From: Bacteroidota bacterium
GTDB taxonomy: Bacteria > Bacteroidota > Bacteroidia > NS11-12g > UBA955
Reading direction: 5' to 3'
Assembly (NCBI GenBank): GCA_027488835.1
Contig: JAIYAW010000005.1
Coordinates: 112,518-176,517 of the forward strand
Length of the DNA: 64,000 nucleotides
The notes under the pieces are model-generated. The model searched no databases, was not told where the DNA came from, and saw only the letters and a program-made list of their open reading frames with translations. Positions 40,333-48,216 of this stretch are shown here, piece by piece. The position numbers and the translations under genes were made by a program. Numbering within the stretch: the stretch's first letter is position 1; every line of letters begins with the position of its first letter.

Positions 40333-41097
40333 TTAGAATGTTAAACCTACCTGCAAAGAAAGGAAATTATTTCTACCATTCACGCGTGCATCGGCAAATA
40401 TATCGGTAAACCCATTGTCGAATTTTAATCCCGCAACCAAATTCATGCTGCCCGATAAATGATATTCAACACCAGCACCAATGATCATTGATCCCCTGAA
40501 AGTATTGATGTCATCTGTGAATGCTAGATTTGGATTGAAAATATTATTGTCTATTCCCGCAAAATCATAAATGTCATTTACAGGGTTGTTTGGGTCATGC
40601 GATGATAAACCGGTATTTCCGTAAATGATAGGATCTGAAATAGTTTCAACTTTTTTCTGTAAAGCAAAAGACAACCCTAAACCGAATTGCATGTAATATT
40701 TCATTCCACCCAAATCGTCGGTTTTGAATTTGATGCTTACCGGAATTTGCAAATATTGGTTGTTGTAATTAAATTGGACTTTATTATAATTTGCGCTGTT
40801 GCTGCTAGCACCCTTCAAATCACCTGTATGTTGTACTTTGCTCGGTAGAGAAGTCACATCTAATTCTGTACTTAACCAATAATTTTGGTTTTTAAGTAAC
40901 ATAAAATCAGCAGTTACGCCGTATGTAAATCCCAATCCAAGGCCATTATTTGTCATTGGTCCTTCTTGGACTTTCACCCATGCAAAATTAGGACTAACTT
41001 TGAAGCCGAAAGAAAAGCTTTTTGATTCCTGGGCAGAGGCAATGTTAAACGCTGCTGCAGAAATTATACCGGTGAACAACAAAATGATTTTTTTCAT
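40333..41097 (-). CDS. Outer-membrane beta-barrel (PorT family-like)
   Basis: Signal peptide, FGFKVSP, YLQIPVSIKF and C-terminal QVGLTF. Confidence 0.7.
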   Translation of the reverse strand: MKKIILLFTGIISAAAFNIASAQESKSFSFGFKVSPNFAWVKVQEGPMTNNGLGLGFTYGVTADFMLLKNQNYWLSTELDVTSLPSKVQHTGDLKGASSNSANYNKVQFNYNNQYLQIPVSIKFKTDDLGGMKYYMQFGLGLSFALQKKVETISDPIIYGNTGLSSHDPNNPVNDIYDFAGIDNNIFNPNLAFTDDINTFRGSMIIGAGVEYHLSGSMNLVAGLKFDNGFTDIFADARVNGRNNFLSLQVGLTF

Positions 41098-41120
41098 GTT
41101 ATACTTATATTGTTTATTAT

Positions 41121-42155
41121 ATGCAAAAAAACAACTTTTTCAACAAATTGGTGCTATGCAGCCTTGTCTGCGTGTTAGGTTTATCCATAAGTTGTAAACA
41201 AAAAGCAACTAAGCCAAATATTAAAATCGTAGACTTTACTCAAACGCTTGATAGTCTATCAAATAAAAGGGTTTTGCCGCAAGATATTTATATGCTCAAA
41301 AAACAGTACGGACGCTTTTTTAACGTCTGGTTTTCCGAGATAATGGACTATAACCGTTATGCGAATTTTCCTGATAGCATGGTGGCTACCTATTTCAATT
41401 ATTTTGTGCAACAAAATAAACCTATGTATAAGGCAATGAATGCGCATTATGCCATTCATAACGCATGGAAAAACGATTTAAATGGGTCGTGGCAAAATTT
41501 GCAAACGGCGATGCCAAACACCCCAACGCCAGTGGTTTATGGTTACTTCTCGCAGTTTAGCAATTATAATACGTTTGTTGACACAACCAAAGGACAATTG
41601 ATTCTTGGATTTAGCAAAGAAATGTTCATGAACGACACATTTCCGGTATATGCCATGCTTGAAGTTCCAGATTTCTTCAATAGATACAACAGTCCTTCAC
41701 AAATTCCTACCATGCTCATTTGGAATTACTTAAAAAGTAAATTCGAAACTGAACACAACATCAAAACCATGCTTGAACAGGCTGTTTTTGAGGGAAAAAT
41801 TTGGTCGTTATTGCAGGAAGTTTCTCCGAAATCAGAAGTGTACGACTTGCTCGGATATACCAAAGAGGAATGGAAAATAATGAAGTTAGATCAGGGACAA
41901 ATGTGGCGACATTTTTTAGAAAATAAGTTGCTGTTTAGTTCTGATTTTAACTCCTACAAAAGGTATTTTGTATACGGTGCCCATACCTTTGGAGCCGGCA
42001 TTCCTGCTGATTGTCCTCCAATGATTGGCAGTTTTATGGGACTTCAAATAGTTGAAGCATACAGAAAAGCAACAGATTGTTCGTACCAACAATTGTTTAA
42101 CGAACACGATGCATCAAAAATATTGAGATTGTCTGGTTATAACCCAGTAAAATAA
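41121..42155 (+). CDS. gldB: Gliding motility lipoprotein GldB-like
   Basis: Lipobox LSISC, MLEQAVFEGK, W..FLENKLLFS, P..IG.FMG.QIV and C-terminal KILRLSGYNP. Sits near nadE, as in Flavobacteriia. Confidence 0.7.
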   Translation: MQKNNFFNKLVLCSLVCVLGLSISCKQKATKPNIKIVDFTQTLDSLSNKRVLPQDIYMLKKQYGRFFNVWFSEIMDYNRYANFPDSMVATYFNYFVQQNKPMYKAMNAHYAIHNAWKNDLNGSWQNLQTAMPNTPTPVVYGYFSQFSNYNTFVDTTKGQLILGFSKEMFMNDTFPVYAMLEVPDFFNRYNSPSQIPTMLIWNYLKSKFETEHNIKTMLEQAVFEGKIWSLLQEVSPKSEVYDLLGYTKEEWKIMKLDQGQMWRHFLENKLLFSSDFNSYKRYFVYGAHTFGAGIPADCPPMIGSFMGLQIVEAYRKATDCSYQQLFNEHDASKILRLSGYNPVK

Positions 42156-42592
42156 TGGAAGATTTAAAAGCTTATTTAGACGAAAGATTAGAAGAAAATC
42201 ATTTTATCCAATTCGTTGGGTTAAAACTATCGCACATAGAGGTTGGTTATGCCGAAATGACATTGGAAATTAAAAAGCACCATTTGCAACAAAATGGCTT
42301 TATGAATGGAGGTGTTACTGCTACCATTCTAGATGTAGTTACCGGAATTGGCGCATATACCACCGTGGTAAAAGGTAAAAATGTAGTTACCGCCGATTTG
42401 AAAGTGAGTTACCTCAATCCCTCAACTGCCAAAAACATTTTGGCCACGGGCAGGGTGAAAAAATCGGGCAATTTTTTGGTATTTTGCGAAGGTGAAGTCT
42501 ATGACATTTTTGAAGATGGTTCACGAAAATTGGTGGCTACTTGTAGCTCAATTATGTGTGCTGTTGATATTCCAATTGTAAAAGTTGATTGA
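42155..42592 (+). CDS. PaaI family (hot-dog) thioesterase
   Basis: QQNGFMNGG..ATILD and VTADLKVSYLNP. Confidence 0.88.
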   Translation: MEDLKAYLDERLEENHFIQFVGLKLSHIEVGYAEMTLEIKKHHLQQNGFMNGGVTATILDVVTGIGAYTTVVKGKNVVTADLKVSYLNPSTAKNILATGRVKKSGNFLVFCEGEVYDIFEDGSRKLVATCSSIMCAVDIPIVKVD

Positions 42593-43329
42593 TGAAATAC
42601 CGCGAAATTTTATATTCAAATTACCATACCACACAAAGTGGACGGGCCAGCGGCGTTGATGCCATCGCTTTGTTTAACCGCGAAAAATGGCGATTTTCTA
42701 TCGAAATATTGCCTTTGGTAAACACATTTCCGAAAACATCGAAAATTTATGATTTCGGCTGTGGCAGTGGAAGTCTTTTGGCGGTTTTGAAGGACAATGG
42801 ATTCACCAATTTGCTGGGTATGGATCTGAGTTCAGAACAAGTAAAATTGGCACATGAATTGGGCGTTGATTGTGTGAAAGAACAAGATGCGTTGAATTAT
42901 TTAAAAGATTCATCTGAAAAATACGATTTAATATTTGGAATGGACATCATTGAGCATTTCACCAAAAATGAATTGGTGGAGTTATTGTCCCTCATAAAAA
43001 ATAAACTGAATCCAGGCGGGAAGGCTATTTTCAGGACTCCGAATTTAGACGCTCCATTAACAACGGTTTTTGCCAATGGCGATTTCACCCACGAAAACTA
43101 TATGAATGCTTCGTCGGCACAGCAAGTTTGCATGGCTTGTGGATTTAATGCGGTTCAAGTGGTGGAAAGCAGTGTGAAAATTCAAAACCCGTTGAAAGAA
43201 TTGATCCGTAAATTCATTTGGTTTGGGTTAAAACAAAAATTAAAAACAACCTTATTTGCAACGGGGAGAAGTACACAAAATGTAATTTTTACGCCAAATA
43301 TGATCATCGTTGCAGATGCATTAAAATAA
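42589..43329 (+). CDS. Class I SAM-dependent methyltransferase
   Basis: DFGCGSG, GMDLS, DIIEH, L.PGG..IFRTPN and DFTHE. Confidence 0.88.
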   Translation: MMKYREILYSNYHTTQSGRASGVDAIALFNREKWRFSIEILPLVNTFPKTSKIYDFGCGSGSLLAVLKDNGFTNLLGMDLSSEQVKLAHELGVDCVKEQDALNYLKDSSEKYDLIFGMDIIEHFTKNELVELLSLIKNKLNPGGKAIFRTPNLDAPLTTVFANGDFTHENYMNASSAQQVCMACGFNAVQVVESSVKIQNPLKELIRKFIWFGLKQKLKTTLFATGRSTQNVIFTPNMIIVADALK

Positions 43330-43334
43330 ATTGA

Positions 43335-44084
43335 ATGAGTAAAATAGCATTAATAACTGGGGGTACCAGTGGAATAGGATTGGCAACTGCAAAGTTGTTA
43401 TTGGAAAACGGTTACAAAGTAATTGTAACGGGAAGAAGGGCAGAGCGTTTGTTGAAGTTTCAAGAGGAAATGGGTACAGATAAAGTGTACACTTTGTGTT
43501 TTGATGTGAGAAATGACCAAGAAGTGAATTTCGCATTGAATTCATTGCCTTCTGCTTGGAAAAATATTGATGTTTTGGTAAATAATGCAGGATTGGCTTG
43601 GGGTTTGGGACAATTTTTCAATGGAAATACAACCCATTGGGATACCATGATCGACACCAACATCAAAGGATTACTTTACGTTTCGAAAGTGATAGCCAAT
43701 TGGATGAAAGATAAAAAAAGCGGTCATATTGTAAATATTGGGTCAATTGCTGGCAAAGATGTATATATGAATGGCAATGTTTATTGTGCTACAAAACATG
43801 CCGTAGATGCTTTAACTAGGGCAATGCGTATTGAGTTGGCAGAATATAAAGTAAAAGTTACAGGCATTCATCCTGGAGCCGTAGAAACCGAATTTAGCGA
43901 AGTGCGTTTTGATGGCGATAAAGACAGGGCAAAAAAGGTTTATGAGGGATTTGAAAACCTCATTGCCGATGACATTGCCGACGCAGTATTTTACGCAGTT
44001 TCAAGGCCAGCCCACGTAAACATTAACGACTTAGTAATTATGCCAACGGCCCAACCTGCGGCAGGTGTGATATATAGGGATTAG
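43335..44084 (+). CDS. NADP-dependent SDR oxidoreductase (YdfG-like)
   Basis: TGGTSGIG, NNAGLA.G, YCATK, PGAVETEFSEVRF and RPAHVNI. Confidence 0.9.
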   Translation: MSKIALITGGTSGIGLATAKLLLENGYKVIVTGRRAERLLKFQEEMGTDKVYTLCFDVRNDQEVNFALNSLPSAWKNIDVLVNNAGLAWGLGQFFNGNTTHWDTMIDTNIKGLLYVSKVIANWMKDKKSGHIVNIGSIAGKDVYMNGNVYCATKHAVDALTRAMRIELAEYKVKVTGIHPGAVETEFSEVRFDGDKDRAKKVYEGFENLIADDIADAVFYAVSRPAHVNINDLVIMPTAQPAAGVIYRD

Positions 44085-44196
44085 AAGGTTTATAAGAGTT
44101 TAGGGAGTTTATTAGCGTTTATGAAGGTTGATTTTGTTTTATTTAACCCTTATAAACTTTCATAAACCTTTATAAACCCTCATAAACTCTCTAATT
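44078..44196. repeat. Decamer-array element, locus C: long inverted repeat
   Basis: + arm: GGATTAGAAG GTTTATAAGA GTTTAGGGA GTTTATTAGC GTTTATGAAG GTT. - arm 44196-44145: AAATTAGAGA GTTTATGAGG GTTTATAAAG GTTTATGAAA GTTTATAAGG GT. Spacer about 15 nt. Confidence 0.95.
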
Positions 44197-44208
44197 TGAA
44201 ACAAAAGT

Positions 44209-44535
44209 ATGAGCAACAAAAACAAAAACAAATCGGGGATTGTTTATAGTACAAATCCGGATTATCAGTATGACGCTGACAACGAGGAGCAAGATACCTT
44301 GGAGCCCTCGCAGCAGAAGTTATATGCAAGGAGAGAAGTTCGCAATGGCAAACCTTGTATTGTGATTAAAGAGTTTGTTGGCAAATCTGACGATTTAAAA
44401 CAGTTAGAAAAAAGCCTAAAAAACCATTGTGGCGTGGGTGGTACCAGCAAAGATGGCGACATCATTATTCAAGGAGATACCTTGGAAAAGGTGAAGGCGT
44501 TTTTGGCTACTAAGGGGTATCGCACCAAAGGTTAA
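44209..44535 (+). CDS. yciH: Translation initiation factor SUI1/eIF1-like protein
   Basis: GIVYSTNPD and LK..CGVGGTSKDGDIIIQGD. Confidence 0.9.
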   Translation: MSNKNKNKSGIVYSTNPDYQYDADNEEQDTLEPSQQKLYARREVRNGKPCIVIKEFVGKSDDLKQLEKSLKNHCGVGGTSKDGDIIIQGDTLEKVKAFLATKGYRTKG

Positions 44536-44706
44536 TTAGAAGGTTTATAAGAGTTTATAAAGGTTTAGTTTGACAGGGTGCTAAAATTAAACCACGAATC
44601 GTAAACAGGCGTAGAGGTAATTTGAAGGTTTATAAAAGTTTATGAAGGTTTATAAGGGTTTATAAAAATTGACTGGTTGCCAAAATTAAATAGCGAAGCG
44701 TAAACA
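44533..44706 (+). repeat. Decamer-array element, locus D: two tandem arm+tail units
   Basis: Unit 1 (44533-44607): TAATTAGAAG, 2 decamers, tail TTGACAGGGTGCTAAAATTAAACCACGAATCGTAAACA. Unit 2 (44618-44706): TAATTTGAAG, 4 decamers, tail TTGACTGGTTGCCAAAATTAAATAGCGAAGCGTAAACA. Confidence 0.95.
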
Positions 44707-44709
44707 AAA

Positions 44710-45375
44710 ATGAGGATGTTAAAAAACGTATTTATATTTATCATTTCAATCGGTTTTTTATCTTGCGGGAGTAAGAATTCCTCCTTGGTAGAAAGCACAA
44801 ACAAAAAAAACATGGAAAATTCAAATCAAATTGATCCAACGAAAGTAGACACTTGCGTGTTGGGTGGCGGTTGCTTTTGGTGTCTAGATGCCGTTTACAG
44901 ACGTTTGCCAGGCGTATTGAATGTTGTGAGTGGTTACAGCAACGGTAAAGTTGCCAATCCTACCTATCGTGAAGTGTGCTCAGGATACACCGGTTGTGTG
45001 GAAGTAGTAAAAATCATGTTCGATACCACCAAAACTTCGTATGCAGAAATACTCACTGTTTTTTGGCGTATTCACAATCCTACAACGTTAAACAAACAAG
45101 GCAACGACGAAGGAACCCAATACCGAAGTGGAATTTATTATCGCAATGAAGAACAAAAGACCACAGCTATTTATAGTTTAAAAGCTGCAGAAGATGCCAA
45201 ACTTTGGGACGGTAAAATTGTAACAGAAATTCTTCCAGTAGAAAAATATTCCGACGCCGAAGACTATCACCAAAACTATTTTGAAATCAATCCTGACCAA
45301 CCTTACTGCATTTATGTAGTTGGAGAAAAGGTTAAGAAGTTTGAGGAGTTTATGAAGAAATTCAAAGGTTTATAA
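44710..45375 (+). CDS. msrA: Peptide-methionine (S)-S-oxide reductase with lipoprotein signal
   Basis: GGGCFWC, GTQYRSGIY and AEDYHQNY; N-terminal lipobox GFLSC. Confidence 0.95.
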   Translation: MRMLKNVFIFIISIGFLSCGSKNSSLVESTNKKNMENSNQIDPTKVDTCVLGGGCFWCLDAVYRRLPGVLNVVSGYSNGKVANPTYREVCSGYTGCVEVVKIMFDTTKTSYAEILTVFWRIHNPTTLNKQGNDEGTQYRSGIYYRNEEQKTTAIYSLKAAEDAKLWDGKIVTEILPVEKYSDAEDYHQNYFEINPDQPYCIYVVGEKVKKFEEFMKKFKGL

Positions 45376-45561
45376 GCGTTTATAAAAGTTTATAAGGGTT
45401 TATAAAGGTTCAATGAGAAATAAAAATAAGTTATCAAATCTAGTTCAACCTTTGTTTATTCCAATAAACTAAATCTAAAGCTCATAAACCTTCATAAACC
45501 CTTATAAACTTTCTAATTACTAAAATTAAACCTTCATAAACCCTTATAAACCCTCTAATTC
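45358..45561. repeat. Decamer-array element, locus E: one + arm and two tandem - arms
   Basis: + arm 45358-45410: AAATTCAAAG GTTTATAAGC GTTTATAAAA GTTTATAAGG GTTTATAAAG GTT. - arm 45561-45527: GAATTAGAGG GTTTATAAGG GTTTATGAAG GTTTA. - arm 45519-45480: TAATTAGAAA GTTTATAAGG GTTTATGAAG GTTTATGAGC. Confidence 0.95.
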
Positions 45562-46311
45562 CTAAAGCCTGTGCAATTGGGTGTTGAAAATTGAGATTCC
45601 AGTGCCAATTAATAACCCGGTGAGTACGTCGGAAGGGTAGTGTTTTCCTGCTGAAATTCTGAGGGTGGCGGTGGCTAACGATGCTACGCCCGCGCCGTAA
45701 GCCAAATATTTAACCGTGTTGGTTTGGTTGTTTCTCAAAGCATACATCAACGCTGTGGTTGCTGCGGCTGCTGTTATTGCGCTATGTCCACTAAAAAATG
45801 AATAATTATCGTCTTTTTTGCCCGTAAATTGATATCCCGAAGCGTTGGTGTATGGTCTGCTTCGTTGAACCAATATTTTAACCAATTGCACGGTGTTTCC
45901 CGTTATCCAAAGGTTTTGAGTGAAGTTATTGATATACCCCCAACGTTCATTTTGAGGAAGAGCTAAGGTTAGTGCAGAACTCAGTAGCATGGTAGCACCT
46001 GCAGTAGCATCTGACAAATGGACCATGTTGGATTTCAATTGATTCACTGCAAGTTTGTCTATTGGATTTACCGTCCAGTGGTGTGGGGTAGCGTTTAACT
46101 TATTTGTAAGCCAAATTTCAGTGGCACTCATCGTAATCAAACTGCCATACAAAATCTTGTCATAAGTGGGTTTTACAGCGTAATTTTGGGACTTAAGGTT
46201 ATTGTCCCCCAAAAAAATAATGCACAAAAGCAATAGTGTCAGTTTTACACTTATGTAATTGCGACATTCGGTTAAGTATTTGCTTATGATTGTATTATAT
46301 GTATTTGACAT
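45562..46311 (-). CDS. PAP2 family phosphatase
   Basis: K..VQRSRPY, SFFSGHSA and LRISAGKHYPSDV. Start position uncertain. Confidence 0.88.
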   Translation of the reverse strand: MSNTYNTIISKYLTECRNYISVKLTLLLLCIIFLGDNNLKSQNYAVKPTYDKILYGSLITMSATEIWLTNKLNATPHHWTVNPIDKLAVNQLKSNMVHLSDATAGATMLLSSALTLALPQNERWGYINNFTQNLWITGNTVQLVKILVQRSRPYTNASGYQFTGKKDDNYSFFSGHSAITAAAATTALMYALRNNQTNTVKYLAYGAGVASLATATLRISAGKHYPSDVLTGLLIGTGISIFNTQLHRL

Positions 46312-46404
46312 GTTTCGATGGTCTTTAAAATGTATGTGTTTTGTGTGCGTAAATCCGTTTACTAAAAAAAAGATAAAAATTAACCAATGCGATTAACGTT
46401 TTGG

Positions 46405-46412
46405 TAACTTTG
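46405..46412 (+). promoter_or_regulatory. -7 promoter box for pckA
   Basis: TAACTTTG, 27 nt upstream of ATG 46440. Confidence 0.6.
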
Positions 46413-46439
46413 CAGTACAAATTTACGAAAATAAACTGT

Positions 46440-48029
46440 ATGAGTAATGAGGCATTGATTGCGAACATAAAATCGCATGCAAAGCAAGTTTTTGAAAACT
46501 TAACCACCGATGAGCTTATCGAGAAAGCTCTCGAGAGAAATGAAGGTCAAATCACAGATAAAGGCGCCTTGGCTGCCGATACGGGTGAATTTACTGGAAG
46601 AAGTCCGAAAGACAAATTCTTGGTAAAAGATGCAAAAACTGCCGACACCGCATGGTGGGGTACTGTTAATCAACCCTTTGAATCTGAAAAATTCGATGCG
46701 TTGTTGAACAGGGTAGTAGCGCATTTAGAAGGAAGAGAAATCTTTGTTCGTCATGCATACGCTTGTGCCGATCCAGCTTATCGTTTAAATATTCAAGTAG
46801 TTACTGAGAGTGCGTACCAAAATTTGTTCGCTAAGAACTTATTTTTACGTCCTACTGCAACTGAAATCGCTACCCAACCTTCTGATTGGGTAATTATTGC
46901 TGCACCATCATTCATGGCTGATCCAGCAATTGATGGAACCCGCCAGCACAACTTTACCATTGTAGATTTAACCAAGAAAATCATCTTAATTGGTGGTAGT
47001 GGTTACACTGGTGAAATTAAGAAAGGTATCTTTAGTGTGTTGAATTACATCCTTCCACAAGAAAAAGGTGTATTGAGCATGCACTGTTCTGCGAATATCG
47101 GTAAGGACAATGACACTGCTGTATTCTTCGGATTGAGCGGTACCGGTAAAACTACGTTGAGTGCTGATCCTAATCGTAAGTTAATCGGTGACGATGAACA
47201 CGGTTGGTCAGATTCTACCGTATTCAATTTCGAAGGTGGTTGTTATGCAAAATGCGTAAACTTAACTGAAGAAAAAGAACCTCAAATTTGGAATGCAATT
47301 AAGCCTGGTGCTTTGGTTGAAAACGTTCGTTTCTTTGAGGGAACCAATACGCCTGATTACGATAACATTTCTGTTACCGAAAACACCCGTGTTGCTTACC
47401 CAATTGACTACATCGACAATATTGCAGAACCTTCAATTGGTGATGCACCTAAAAATATTTTCTTCCTAACTGCGGACGCATTTGGGGTATTGCCTCCAAT
47501 TTCTAAATTGACATCTGGCCAAGCCATGTATCAATTTATTTCAGGTTACACTGCAAAAGTGGCAGGTACTGAAGCGGGAGTTACTGAACCACAAGCTACT
47601 TTCTCTGCATGTTTTGGACAAGTTTTCTTGCCATTACATCCTGCGAAATATGCACAGATGTTGGGTGAAAAACTTTCTGCAAATCCAGATATCAACGTAT
47701 GGTTAATCAACACAGGTTGGTCTGGTGGTGCTTACGGAGTAGGCAGCAGAATGAAATTGTCTTACACCCGTGCCATGATTACTGCGGCTTTGGAGGGACA
47801 ATTGGATGGGTCATTCACCAATCACCCTGTGTTTGGTTTTGCAATGCCTGATGCTTGTCCTAACGTTCCTTCAGAATTGTTACATCCAAGAAATACTTGG
47901 GCTGACGGTTCTGCATACGATGCACAGTGTCAGAAGTTGGCAAAATTGTTCAACGACAATTTCCAAAAATTTGCCGATGGATCTAGCGACGAAATCAAGG
48001 CCGCTGCTCCTAAAATGGCCACTGCTTAA
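46440..48029 (+). CDS. pckA: Phosphoenolpyruvate carboxykinase (ATP)
   Basis: TGRSPKDK, GEIKK, MHCSAN, GLSGTGKTTLS, IGDDEHGW and FEGGCYAK. Start placed at ATG 46440. Confidence 0.97.
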   Translation: MSNEALIANIKSHAKQVFENLTTDELIEKALERNEGQITDKGALAADTGEFTGRSPKDKFLVKDAKTADTAWWGTVNQPFESEKFDALLNRVVAHLEGREIFVRHAYACADPAYRLNIQVVTESAYQNLFAKNLFLRPTATEIATQPSDWVIIAAPSFMADPAIDGTRQHNFTIVDLTKKIILIGGSGYTGEIKKGIFSVLNYILPQEKGVLSMHCSANIGKDNDTAVFFGLSGTGKTTLSADPNRKLIGDDEHGWSDSTVFNFEGGCYAKCVNLTEEKEPQIWNAIKPGALVENVRFFEGTNTPDYDNISVTENTRVAYPIDYIDNIAEPSIGDAPKNIFFLTADAFGVLPPISKLTSGQAMYQFISGYTAKVAGTEAGVTEPQATFSACFGQVFLPLHPAKYAQMLGEKLSANPDINVWLINTGWSGGAYGVGSRMKLSYTRAMITAALEGQLDGSFTNHPVFGFAMPDACPNVPSELLHPRNTWADGSAYDAQCQKLAKLFNDNFQKFADGSSDEIKAAAPKMATA

Positions 48030-48058
48030 ACAACAACAATAACAAAAATAACAAAATT

Positions 48059-48081
48059 GGACGCTCTAGGGCGTCCTTTTT
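48059..48081 (+). terminator. Intrinsic terminator of pckA
   Basis: GGACGCT-CTAG-GGCGTCC followed by TTTTT. Confidence 0.85.
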
Positions 48082-48088
48082 GTTTAGG

Positions 48089-48206
48089 GCACTTCGTGCG
48101 TTTAGAAGAGCTTCGCTTGTTTACGTTTTGCTGGTTAATTTTTGCACTCAGCCAACCTTTATAAACGCTCATAAACTTTTATAAACTCTTATAAACTTTC
48201 TAATTA
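48089..48206 (-). repeat. Decamer-array element, locus F: arm, 38-bp tail and GAA mini-hairpins
   Basis: Minus strand reads TAATTAGAAA GTTTATAAGA GTTTATAAAA GTTTATGAGC GTTTATAAAG G, then TTGGCTGAGTGCAAAAATTAACCAGCAAAACGTAAACA, then A-GCGAAGC and GCACGAAGTGC. Confidence 0.95.
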
Positions 48207-48216
48207 ACTTTTAATT

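Noticed and set aside
44078-45561. Elements as integron attC sites around gene cassettes
   Set aside because: attC runs RYYYAAC...GTTRRRY, whereas these hairpins run GTT...AAC and consist of tandem decamers. Flanking genes are housekeeping and in mixed orientation, and no integrase is present.
48028-48056. AAC/AAT-rich run after the pckA stop
   Set aside because: Short low-complexity A-rich spacer before a normal terminator, with no relation to the decamer family.
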